64,000 bases of DNA from Candidatus Nanohaloarchaea archaeon (lineage in GTDB: Archaea; Nanohalarchaeota; Nanosalinia; Nanosalinales; Nanosalinaceae). The stretch covers positions 800,001-864,000 of the forward strand of contig CP046106.1 of assembly GCA_013343275.1 (NCBI GenBank), read 5' to 3'. Made by a program: the position numbers and the translations under genes. Shown one piece after another: positions 55,848 to 64,000 of this stretch. The notes beneath the pieces were generated by a model. The model made no database searches. It was not told where the DNA came from and worked only from the letters and a program-made list of their open reading frames with translations. How positions within the stretch are numbered: position 1 is the stretch's first letter; each line of letters opens with the position of its first letter.

Positions 55848-57311
55848 CTATTCGAGCAGCATCTTCTCGATAAGTTTCTCTATCTCCCATATTTCATTTT
55901 CTTCAATATTTTTCTCTACATCAAGATCTGCGTCAACGCTGATTAGAGGTACAGGATTTAAGGTGTGCGATGTGTTTGGGCTCTCTTCCGTACCCATGTC
56001 CTCGCAGTTACCGTGGTCTGCCGTGATCAGCATGGAGTAATCTGTATCCTCTACTTTTTCTACTAGACGCCCTATATTCCTATCCACGGTTTCGACAGCG
56101 GTAATAGCTGCATCTAACTCTCCTGTATGACCTACGAGATCGCAGTTAGCAAAGTTCAGGAGGATAAAATCTTTCTCTCCTTCTTCAAGGGCCTCAAGTA
56201 CTACGTCACAGATATCATCGGCATGCATCTCAGGCTTCTGATCGTAGGCCTTGATCTTGTCGCTCTCGACGAAATGCCGTTCCTCGTGCTCGAACTCGAG
56301 CTCTCTCTGGCCGTTGAAGAAGAATGTAACGTGAGGTCTTTTCTGGCTTTCCGCTACACGAAGCTGTGAGAGACCTGCATCTTCTATCTTTTCCCCCAGC
56401 GTGTTTTCCACTATTTTTTTCTCGAATATTGCTGGATTATCGATTTCGTGCTCGTACTGGAACATAGAGGTGAAGTTAGGATGGATAGGTTCGTCATATT
56501 CATCTGGATCGACCTCAGAGACAAGCTCTTCCTCTATCTGGCGCTCCCTGTCGGCCCTGAAGTTGTAGAATATCACCTCATCATCGTTGCTCATGCCATC
56601 ATAGTCCTCACTTACTGAAGGGATTACAAAGTAGTCGTAGTCTCCATTATTGTAGGTCTCTTCGAGGGCCTCCTGGGGATCCGAGAACTCGAATCCTTCA
56701 GCTTCCGCCATCGCATGGTAGGCCTTGTGTGTCCGTTCCCAGTTGTGGTCACGGTCCATAGAGTAGTAGCGGCCTGTCACTGTAGCGATCTCTCCGCTGA
56801 ATTCTTCCGTCCATCCCTCGATCTGGTCCAGAAACTTCTCTGCAGATTTAGGCGAGACGTCTCTACCATCTGTAAAGCAATGAATCTTAACCTCTACATC
56901 GTACTCTGAGGCAATCTCCAGTAAGGCCTTAAGGTGATCGATGTGGCCGTGGATTCCTCCGTCTGAGATGATGCCTGCGAAATGTACTGTAGTATTGTTT
57001 TCCTCTGCTCTCTCAAGGGCCTGTTTCAGTGCCTTTTTCTCTTTTAGTTCGTTGTTTTCGATTGCCTGGTTTATTCTGGTTAGTCTCTGCGGTATTTTTC
57101 GTCCTGCTCCTAGGTGTAGGTGGCCGACCTCTGAGTTGCCTGTGTATCCTTTGGGTAGGCCTACGGCTGGTCCGGATGCGTCTAGCTTGGCGAACCCGTT
57201 TCTTGCCATGAGTTTGCCGAGGTTAGGTGTGTCTGCTTGTTTGAATGCGTTGCCTTCTGTCTTTTCCCGGAGGCCTACGCCGTCCATCACTACTAGGAGT
57301 ACTGGTTTCAT
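55848..57311 (-). CDS. gpmI: 2,3-bisphosphoglycerate-independent phosphoglycerate mutase
   Basis: DG.G, GNSEVGH, GRYYSMDRD, NFRADR, D.VGHTG, TADHGN, HT.NPVP. Confidence 0.96.
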   Translation of the reverse strand: MKPVLLVVMDGVGLREKTEGNAFKQADTPNLGKLMARNGFAKLDASGPAVGLPKGYTGNSEVGHLHLGAGRKIPQRLTRINQAIENNELKEKKALKQALERAEENNTTVHFAGIISDGGIHGHIDHLKALLEIASEYDVEVKIHCFTDGRDVSPKSAEKFLDQIEGWTEEFSGEIATVTGRYYSMDRDHNWERTHKAYHAMAEAEGFEFSDPQEALEETYNNGDYDYFVIPSVSEDYDGMSNDDEVIFYNFRADRERQIEEELVSEVDPDEYDEPIHPNFTSMFQYEHEIDNPAIFEKKIVENTLGEKIEDAGLSQLRVAESQKRPHVTFFFNGQRELEFEHEERHFVESDKIKAYDQKPEMHADDICDVVLEALEEGEKDFILLNFANCDLVGHTGELDAAITAVETVDRNIGRLVEKVEDTDYSMLITADHGNCEDMGTEESPNTSHTLNPVPLISVDADLDVEKNIEENEIWEIEKLIEKMLLE

Positions 57312-57365
57312 ACCGGGTTTTTGTCGTTGGTTGAATTTATTAACAACGCCGAGGAAGAATTTGTT

Positions 57366-57833
57366 ATGCAGGAGATCGAGCAGAATCTTGAGAGTGCTCG
57401 CAGAAACCTTGAGGAGGCCGAGTCTGTTTCCCGGAGCAGTATTGATGGGAAGCTGGCAGAACTTAACAGCAGGCTGGAGGAGCTTGAGGTAGAAGTCTTC
57501 AGTGATGAGGAAAGAGGCCGGTCGCTCTCCGAGAAGGTTGAGACTCTGAGTTCTCAGGTCGAGCAGATCTCTGAATCTAATCCTGATGAGCGGTTGAATG
57601 AGTTTGAGGAAGAGCTTCTGGACCTGAAACAGGAAGTTAACGAGATTTCCTCTCAGTCAGATGAAGGCGCGCAGAATGAGGATATTGAAGAGCTCTGGAA
57701 TGAGCTAGATAAAGAGTTCGCTGAGATAGAGAGAAGGATGCATGAGAATGAAAGCGAGCTAGAGGAGCTTAGATCGGATGTTGCACATATTTCAGAGGTT
57801 CTCAGAACAGTTATCTCCGAGAACTTTCGATGA
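57366..57833 (+). CDS. Acidic coiled-coil protein
   Basis: Continuous heptad pattern; start uncertain. Confidence 0.68.
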   Translation: MQEIEQNLESARRNLEEAESVSRSSIDGKLAELNSRLEELEVEVFSDEERGRSLSEKVETLSSQVEQISESNPDERLNEFEEELLDLKQEVNEISSQSDEGAQNEDIEELWNELDKEFAEIERRMHENESELEELRSDVAHISEVLRTVISENFR

Positions 57834-57903
57834 TGTTGTTCTCCAACAGTCAAAAAAGGCTTTTAACTTTTTGATCACTTGTAGGTATTAAGTGGTTGTA
57901 AAA

Positions 57904-59496
57904 ATGGCTGAAGATGTTATTTTCGGAGGAGACGATGAGCAGGAAAACACCGAGGAAGAGCAGGAAACTGTCCTAGAGTCAGAGGATCAGCAGGAAGAAC
58001 AGGACGAAGAATCACAGGAAACACTTTTCGGCGGCTCAGAAGATGAAGACTCCGAAGAAAAAGAAAGCGCCGAAACAGAAGATTCAACTGAAGAATCGAC
58101 AGAAGAAAGAGAATCAACCACAGAAAGCCTTTCCAGCGATAGTTCTAACACGGAAGACTCCGATATCGAGGAAAATGATATTGATGAAGAAAAATTCAGT
58201 GAAGTAGAGCAGAGAATGGAGGAGATGGAGGCCCGGCTTGAAGATATGGCCTCTGAAGACAGCGACGAGGCCCAGGATCTAGAGGAGAGGCTTGAAGAGC
58301 TTGAATCCGAACTCGAGAAAATAGAGGAACTGGAAGAACAGATAGACGACAATACAGATGAAGGAGCCTTGGAAGAGGTTGAAGAGATCGAGGAGAACTT
58401 TGAGGAAAGATATGAGGCACTTCAGTCAAGGATATCTGACCTGGAAGACGAGAAAGAAATTGAAGAGCTTGAATCCGAACTAAACGAACTTAAAGACAGA
58501 GTTGCGGAGAAAACGGATCTTATCAATGATTTGAAGGAGAGAAACAACAGCAAGATCGAAGAGCTGGAACAGAAAGTCGAGGAAGTGGAATCGGCAGATG
58601 CTGAAGAGTTCGAGGAAAGACTGGATCAACTGGAGGAAGAGATAGAGAACTCCGAAATTGAGGAAGAAATTCAGGAATTAAGAGGTGAAATAGAGCAGGT
58701 AGAGGCCGAAGAACTCGATGAACTGGAGGAAAGGCTTGATGAACTGGAATCCGACATTGATAATAGCTCTCTTGAAGATAGGATTGATTCAATCGAGAGC
58801 AGGATCGACGAGATAGATCAGAATGAACAGGTAGAAGAACTGCAGGACGATATCTCCGATATAAACAGCCAGGTAGAGAAATTACGGGAAAAGATAGATG
58901 AAATAGAGGATAACAGTCCGGAAGCCGACATTGAAGATAATTCTGATGCGATAGATGAACTGAAAGTTGATGTGGAAAATGTAAAAACACAGCTCAGCAG
59001 CCTGGAAGAAGATATAGAGGAACAGGATGTGACCCAGCTACAAAAGGAAGTTGAGCAGCTGAAAGGAATGGTTTCAGACTTCAAATGGATATTCAACGAC
59101 TTTGACGATCTGGCCAACCTCAAGCTTCTATCAGAGGAAGAGTACGAAGAAATAAGCAAAAAATCCGATCAGGACAGAGAGGAACAGGACAGGTTTACCG
59201 AACTAGTAGAGGCGCTGAACAGGAACGTAGAGAAACTAGCCGAGAGCAGTGGTGGCAGCTCTCAGCTAGAGGAAAGGGTAGAGAAACTGGAGAAACGCCA
59301 GAAATCAAGGACTTCGGCCCTCAAACAGAGATTATCTCAGCTGGAAGAACAACAGGTAGACCAGTCGGATGTAGAGGCAGTAGTCGACGAAATGGAGAGA
59401 CAGGAAGAAGCCATAGAAGATATCAGGGAAGGCTACCAAGAACTCGGCGAAATGATGGAACTGATCTTGAAGGACTACAAAAACCAGAACCAGTAA
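57904..59496 (+). CDS. Long acidic coiled-coil protein
   Basis: About 430 aa of heptads after a disordered acidic N-terminus. Confidence 0.78.
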   Translation: MAEDVIFGGDDEQENTEEEQETVLESEDQQEEQDEESQETLFGGSEDEDSEEKESAETEDSTEESTEERESTTESLSSDSSNTEDSDIEENDIDEEKFSEVEQRMEEMEARLEDMASEDSDEAQDLEERLEELESELEKIEELEEQIDDNTDEGALEEVEEIEENFEERYEALQSRISDLEDEKEIEELESELNELKDRVAEKTDLINDLKERNNSKIEELEQKVEEVESADAEEFEERLDQLEEEIENSEIEEEIQELRGEIEQVEAEELDELEERLDELESDIDNSSLEDRIDSIESRIDEIDQNEQVEELQDDISDINSQVEKLREKIDEIEDNSPEADIEDNSDAIDELKVDVENVKTQLSSLEEDIEEQDVTQLQKEVEQLKGMVSDFKWIFNDFDDLANLKLLSEEEYEEISKKSDQDREEQDRFTELVEALNRNVEKLAESSGGSSQLEERVEKLEKRQKSRTSALKQRLSQLEEQQVDQSDVEAVVDEMERQEEAIEDIREGYQELGEMMELILKDYKNQNQ

Positions 59497-59502
59497 CTGC
59501 AA

Positions 59503-60534
59503 CTAAGTGAAGCTGTCAAGGCCTGACTGCCGTGAACTTAACGCTGCCTCGAGATCTGAAAGACCTGACTCCACTCGATCCTCTGAGAAGTCGTGGTCAT
59601 CTACAAGTATTTCTTTAATCTTCTCTTCATCTACTTCCCCGAAGCTGTACTCGATTTCCTCTACAGGCGGGCTTTTGAAAAAATCTATAATCTGTTCCGG
59701 ACCGGCCTCTGACTCCCACTCTACTTTCTCATCCTCAAACAGCTTATCCCAGGAATCGTACTCTCTAACCAGTTTCAAAGCAGTCTTCGGTCCTATTCCG
59801 TGAACGCCGTCAGGATTGAAGTCGGTACCCATCAGCACGCCCATCCAGATAAGCTTCTCCTGAGAGATATCAAGCTGATCAAGAACCTCTTCAAGCTCGA
59901 TAAGCTCCGTGGAAATCTCTTTCCTACCGCCGCTGGAGGTCTTCCGAGTCTTTCTCGTAGTAAGATTCTTCACCATTCTCTCGGCGCCGAAAAGCAGTGA
60001 ATCCCAGTCCTGGCTTCCGACTGCGTAGATATCGCCGGGATAGTCTTCATGAGTCATATATGCAGCTTGTGCCTCTCCCTCGCTAGGAGCCTGAATGTAG
60101 GGGATTCCCATTGCATCCAGGAGCCTCTTCGACTCCTTAATCATATCTCCTGTTAGTTTAGATGACTGAGTAGCCTTGCTGTAGGCCTCGGAAACCTTGC
60201 CCTCTTCCTTCAACTTCTTCCACTCTTCCCGAGCTTCCTCTCTCTTCTTCCTTCTCTGTGTAGTCTCTTTCTCCTTGAGATCAGGAGCTTCTCCGTCAAA
60301 TACGTATACAGGCCTGATATTTTCTTCAAGCATGTTGATATTCCGGTAGAAAAGGCCTGACAGGTGGGAGGTAATGTTGCCGGACGAATCTTTTAGTGGG
60401 GTACCGTCTCTCTGTCTAATGATCGACAGGAACTGGTACAGGGTATTCATTGCGTCGACAGCTATCTCTTTATCGTTTAGATCCGCGAAATCTATTTCTT
60501 CTCTCTCAATGAGATCTCCAAGATTTACTCCCAT
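59503..60534 (-). CDS. fen: Flap endonuclease 1
   Basis: YQFLSIIRQRDG, TSHLSGLFYR, APSEGEAQAA, GTDFNP, PIP box QSGLDSF. Confidence 0.97.
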   Translation of the reverse strand: MGVNLGDLIEREEIDFADLNDKEIAVDAMNTLYQFLSIIRQRDGTPLKDSSGNITSHLSGLFYRNINMLEENIRPVYVFDGEAPDLKEKETTQRRKKREEAREEWKKLKEEGKVSEAYSKATQSSKLTGDMIKESKRLLDAMGIPYIQAPSEGEAQAAYMTHEDYPGDIYAVGSQDWDSLLFGAERMVKNLTTRKTRKTSSGGRKEISTELIELEEVLDQLDISQEKLIWMGVLMGTDFNPDGVHGIGPKTALKLVREYDSWDKLFEDEKVEWESEAGPEQIIDFFKSPPVEEIEYSFGEVDEEKIKEILVDDHDFSEDRVESGLSDLEAALSSRQSGLDSFT

Positions 60535-60576
60535 TACAGAAACTAACTTAGGCCTTGACTGTTTAAATGGTAATCT

Positions 60577-60714
60577 ATGGAAGGCCTCTGCGACTACTGC
60601 CAGGAGAAGAAGGCTGTAACAAGCTGCGAAGTCTGCGGATCAAAAGTCTGTCAGGACCACAAAAAAGAGCATGGCTGTGCAGTATGCAACGGTGGAGAAA
60701 GAACTTTTGAATAA
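60577..60714 (+). CDS. 45-aa zinc-finger microprotein (not in the ORF track)
   Basis: MEGLCDYC..SCEVCG..VC.DH...GCAVC. Confidence 0.75.
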   Translation: MEGLCDYCQEKKAVTSCEVCGSKVCQDHKKEHGCAVCNGGERTFE

Positions 60715-60733
60715 AAAATTAGAGAGGAGGTGT

Positions 60734-60988
60734 CTAGAGCTTGTCAAAGTGCTCTAGCTCGTAGCTCTGAATGTTCTCAAGCTGCTCCAGTTTCTCTTCA
60801 ACAGCGTCTGTACCGCCTTCCTCATCTGTAGTAATGCAGGAAACTTTAACTCCCTTCAATCCGAAAGCAACTTCTTCCTCACCGATATCCTGTACATCAA
60901 GGAGATCTCTAAGCTGATCCTTAATTCCCTCTAGATCGGTTTCTGCATCTTCCGGCATGATCTTGTAAACACACGAAATCTTTCCCAT
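60734..60988 (-). CDS. ef1b: Elongation factor 1-beta
   Basis: KIMPE, EEEVAFGLK, EEGGTD.VEE. Confidence 0.93.
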   Translation of the reverse strand: MGKISCVYKIMPEDAETDLEGIKDQLRDLLDVQDIGEEEVAFGLKGVKVSCITTDEEGGTDAVEEKLEQLENIQSYELEHFDKL

Positions 60989-61241
60989 AAAGTTTGATTC
61001 ACCTAAGAATACAGTGGAGAAGAAAAAGTTAAAACAAGAATGGAGAAAAAGAGGAGAAATGCTAAAAACAGGCCTGAGATCACTTAATCAGACTAAAGGC
61101 CTAGTTTGTCCTTGATCTTCTGAATGTATTTTTTCAGCATAGCGAACCACTTACAAAAACCAATAAAACAGAGGGCTGTTAAAAAGGTTTGCACTACCAT
61201 CTCGAACCGGTTTTAAAAATAGCCTACAGAGTAATGAATAG

Positions 61242-61313
61242 GCCCTCATGGTCTAGTGGAAAGACGGCACCTTGCGGAGGTGCAGATCCAGGGTTCAAAT
61301 CCCTGTGAGGGCG
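61242..61313 (+). tRNA. tRNA-Arg(GCG)
   Basis: Acceptor GCCCTCA/TGAGGGC, anticodon arm GCACC-ttGCGga-GGTGC, TTCAAAT loop; TTTTAAA about 30 nt upstream. Confidence 0.95.
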
Positions 61314-61400
61314 TCTTGTTACGCTCTTGACGAAACTTCAAGAGAAGTTTCTGTGAACGCACAAAATCTCTGATTTTGGAGTGCCATGCAATCAGCCATT

Positions 61401-61784
61401 CTATGGATCGCTGTTATCTTCTTCAAAATTCAGGGCCTTTGAATTGATACAGTATCTTTTGCCGGTAGGCTGCGGGCCGTCGTCGAATACATGGCCTAGG
61501 TGAGATCCACATTGTGAGCATAGTACTTCCACTCTGTTCATACCATGGCTCTGGTCTTCCTGAAGCTCAATGTTCTCCATCACAGCATCTTTGAAACTAG
61601 GCCACTTGTTGGAGCTAAACTTGTCCTCTGACTGGAAAAGTTTCTGTCCACAGGCCTTGCATCGGTAGATTCCTTCTTCGTCGTAATCGATATACTCTCC
61701 GGTTCCAGGAGCTTCTGTACCTGACTCTCTAAGTATACGGTATTCCTCCTCAGATAGTTTCTCTTTCAGTTCTTCCTCATCCAT
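61401..61784 (-). CDS. msrB: Peptide-methionine (R)-S-oxide reductase
   Basis: GTE.P..G, WPSF, HLGHVFDDGP.PTGKRYCINS. Confidence 0.97.
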   Translation of the reverse strand: MDEEELKEKLSEEEYRILRESGTEAPGTGEYIDYDEEGIYRCKACGQKLFQSEDKFSSNKWPSFKDAVMENIELQEDQSHGMNRVEVLCSQCGSHLGHVFDDGPQPTGKRYCINSKALNFEEDNSDP

Positions 61785-61823
61785 GAAACATGATTTATGG
61801 CTTGTCCGGCAAATATCTTTTCC

Positions 61824-62162
61824 ATGGAGATCGATACAGGGGAGAAAGTTATCGAGGCAGAAGTAGCCAACACAGTTTTGAAAAGGGCGAAAGGCCTCGC
61901 TCTCAAAGATTCAGGCAAGATGCTTTTCCAGTTTAACAGAGACACTAATGCCAGTATAGATATGATGCTCCTCTCGGAACCTCTATACCTGTACTTCATG
62001 AACTCAGATAAAGAAGTGATCGATGTCCAGAAAGCTGAGCCATGGACCACAAACCCGAAGACCTGGAAGCTCTACTCTCCGGACAGACTTTACAGATATC
62101 TCCTGGAAAGCTTCGAGAAGCTGGAGATCGAGGAAGGCCAGCAGCTGGAATTTGACTTATAA
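61824..62162 (+). CDS. DUF192-family protein
   Basis: A.T...RAKGL, MLF.F, PW, Y.LE pattern. Confidence 0.75.
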   Translation: MEIDTGEKVIEAEVANTVLKRAKGLALKDSGKMLFQFNRDTNASIDMMLLSEPLYLYFMNSDKEVIDVQKAEPWTTNPKTWKLYSPDRLYRYLLESFEKLEIEEGQQLEFDL

Positions 62163-62185
62163 GATTTCCAGATGAAATAAAGGTT

Positions 62186-62866
62186 ATGGAACTTTCAAAA
62201 TTCTGCCCAAGATGCGGCGAAGAAACAGACGCCCTTTATGGCGAAGGAAAGAAGCTGTGCGCTGACTGCTACACAGACAAGAATGATCTGCTGGATATAC
62301 CTGATAAGGTAGAGATAGATGTCTGTACGGTCTGCGGACGAATGAAACATCACGGCGAATGGATCGAGGCCTACTCTGTGCAGGATCAGCTTGCAGAGAA
62401 GTTCTCGGATTTCGCTGAGGAGGATGTCGAGATGCAGCTGCAGTTCTGGGAGGAGGAAGACCAGATGTACGTCAGAGTACATGCCAGTAAAGGCCCGATG
62501 GAGGACTCCTACGATACGCAGGTAGTTTTCAAGAACCAGCAGTGCAGAGACTGCTCCAAGTTCCAGGGAGGTTTCTACAAGGCCAAGATCCAGCTTCGTG
62601 GAGATACCGACCTCGAACCTGTATCAAACGATATCGTCGATAAAGCTGCTGAACTGACGAACGAAACACGTAAGGATTTCCTGGCTAACGTAGAGGAGAA
62701 CGATCACGGTTTCGACTTCTTCCTTTCTACAGAGCCTATGAACAAGAAAATTCTCGGCATGCTGAGAGATGAGTACGATCCCGAGATCAAGAGAAGCTAC
62801 GAGCTCGTTGGCGAAGAGAACGGCGAGAAGGTTTACCGGAATGTCGTATCAGTAAGACTAGATTAG
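62186..62866 (+). CDS. NMD3-family protein
   Basis: FCPRCG, LC.DC, C.VCG, C..CS...GG.Y.A.IQLRG. Confidence 0.92.
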   Translation: MELSKFCPRCGEETDALYGEGKKLCADCYTDKNDLLDIPDKVEIDVCTVCGRMKHHGEWIEAYSVQDQLAEKFSDFAEEDVEMQLQFWEEEDQMYVRVHASKGPMEDSYDTQVVFKNQQCRDCSKFQGGFYKAKIQLRGDTDLEPVSNDIVDKAAELTNETRKDFLANVEENDHGFDFFLSTEPMNKKILGMLRDEYDPEIKRSYELVGEENGEKVYRNVVSVRLD

Positions 62867-62902
62867 AAAGACTATTAAAGCGAAATTGTACAGTTTGTTA
62901 AC

Positions 62903-63808
62903 ATGAGATCGAGACCTGTATTAGGTCTGTTAGTTCTAACAGTGATTGTTTCTGGCTGTGTAGGCCAGAGTCAAAATGTAGATAAACCGGCTTCGGACAG
63001 TGTTGATCTTTCGGAGTATAAGTCTAAGCTGACAGGTTCTTCTTTTCAGGTGACTTATGAGAATTCTCGAATGATAAGGAAGACGATAAGTGTTAGTCAA
63101 GGAAGGATAATGTTGATTAATTCTACGAGCATGACTTCTACTGTAAATAGTTATAATACTATCTATAGACCTCCCAAAGATAAGGATTCTGGAGCAGAAT
63201 ACCTTTGGTGCCTAGAGAAGGGCATGAATTGCCGTTATTACAGCGAAGGATTTGAGACGACGACACCGATATTCATAGAAGATATTACAGATATTGAAGT
63301 AAGCAAAATCGGTTCTAAAAGCGTCAATGGTAGAGGATGTACTCGTTACAGATTTACATCAGTGAAGCCTGGAATCTTCGGCAAAGGGTTGAAAAACAAA
63401 CTCGGGAGATACGGAAAAATTAACGCCACAGCATGTCTGGATGAACAGGAAGGATTTATTGTGTCGCTAACAGGAACGGCAGAGACGAAGTATGGTAAAA
63501 CAGAGTACAGTTACAAGGCCGTAGGGTTCCAGAACGAGGTAATTGAAGCTCAACCTCCAGCAGCTGCAGTCAACCTAAACTGTGAGCAAAAAACCGGAGA
63601 AGTAGCCGTCTTCACAGACCCCACAGAAGTCAAAATAAAGCTGAAAGCATCCAATGGGGGCACTGCCAGCACCACTACTGTAGAACTAAGTCAGAACTGG
63701 GAAAACAGGCAAATTTCAGGGCTGAACTTCCCTGAATCAAGTTTTATGGTGTTTCCCTACATCAGCGGTGAAAAAATCAAGGAAGGTGCCTCAGCATGCC
63801 TTTCATAG
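62903..63808 (+). CDS. Predicted lipoprotein
   Basis: Leader with IVSGC; Cys pairs. Confidence 0.75.
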   Translation: MRSRPVLGLLVLTVIVSGCVGQSQNVDKPASDSVDLSEYKSKLTGSSFQVTYENSRMIRKTISVSQGRIMLINSTSMTSTVNSYNTIYRPPKDKDSGAEYLWCLEKGMNCRYYSEGFETTTPIFIEDITDIEVSKIGSKSVNGRGCTRYRFTSVKPGIFGKGLKNKLGRYGKINATACLDEQEGFIVSLTGTAETKYGKTEYSYKAVGFQNEVIEAQPPAAAVNLNCEQKTGEVAVFTDPTEVKIKLKASNGGTASTTTVELSQNWENRQISGLNFPESSFMVFPYISGEKIKEGASACLS

Positions 63809-63948
63809 ACGAAAGGTCTTCAAAACCAGAGATATGAATAGCAGAACTGTCAAGAGAGTATTACTGTCCCATAACTGTACATCGATAAAAATATTCAGAA
63901 AAACTGCAGTTACATAATCTTTAATTATGAGTGGACCATAGTAAACCT

Positions 63949-64000
63949 ATGTACTCTCATAAAGAAAGACTGTTAATGGCCAGTCTGGGAGCAGTCCTAA
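63949..64000 (+). CDS. Possible start of a gene cut by the window edge
   Basis: MYSHKERLLMASLGAVL.. open to the edge; TTTAATTAT about 25 nt upstream. Confidence 0.4.
   Translation, partial: MYSHKERLLMASLGAVL

Noticed and set aside
57904-59496. SMC or methyl-accepting chemotaxis protein
   Set aside because: No Walker A/B, hinge, TM or MCP signalling hairpin motif.
61242-61400. Integrated element at tRNA-Arg or tRNA-Ser
   Set aside because: I saw no integrase or transposase, and no duplicated tRNA 3' end in the window.
63803-64000. Minus-strand hydrophobic frame interrupted by one TAG (readthrough or pseudogene)
   Set aside because: It is short, at the window edge and shows no recognisable homology; a plus-strand start at 63949 explains the region equally well.

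Overview
Archaeal chromosomal segment, most likely from a DPANN nanohaloarchaeon. This is inferred from the archaeal gene set, a strongly Glu-rich acidic cytoplasmic proteome at moderate GC, and very compact gene packing. 1-15.1 kb is the archaeal ribosomal-protein superoperon (L4 to L15, secY, DUF106, cbf5) followed by tRNA-Ser(GGA). 15-36 kb mixes housekeeping genes (NUDIX, HtrA, pelota, Trm5-family, dph5) with lipoproteins, Ig-repeat surface proteins and twin-arginine-like proteins. 36-59.5 kb holds uncharacterised membrane and coiled-coil genes next to a type IV pilus-like ATPase, a platform protein and about 13 pilin-like genes. 59.5-64 kb holds fen1, aEF-1beta, tRNA-Arg(GCG), msrB, DUF192 and NMD3. 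The most striking signal is a ~50-nt double-hairpin element at five r-protein gene junctions (before rpl2, rps3, rpl24, rps14, rpl30). It shows compensatory base changes and buries the downstream Shine-Dalgarno. Every copy also carries a 16-19 codon mini-ORF running from the upstream gene's stop to the downstream gene's start, which suggests a translational-coupling relay. Also notable are a structured ~150-nt RNA before rps17, strong over-representation of the palindrome AGGCCT, and the membrane/collagen/coiled-coil cluster linked to the pilus locus. All calls are from reading the sequence; no searches were run.
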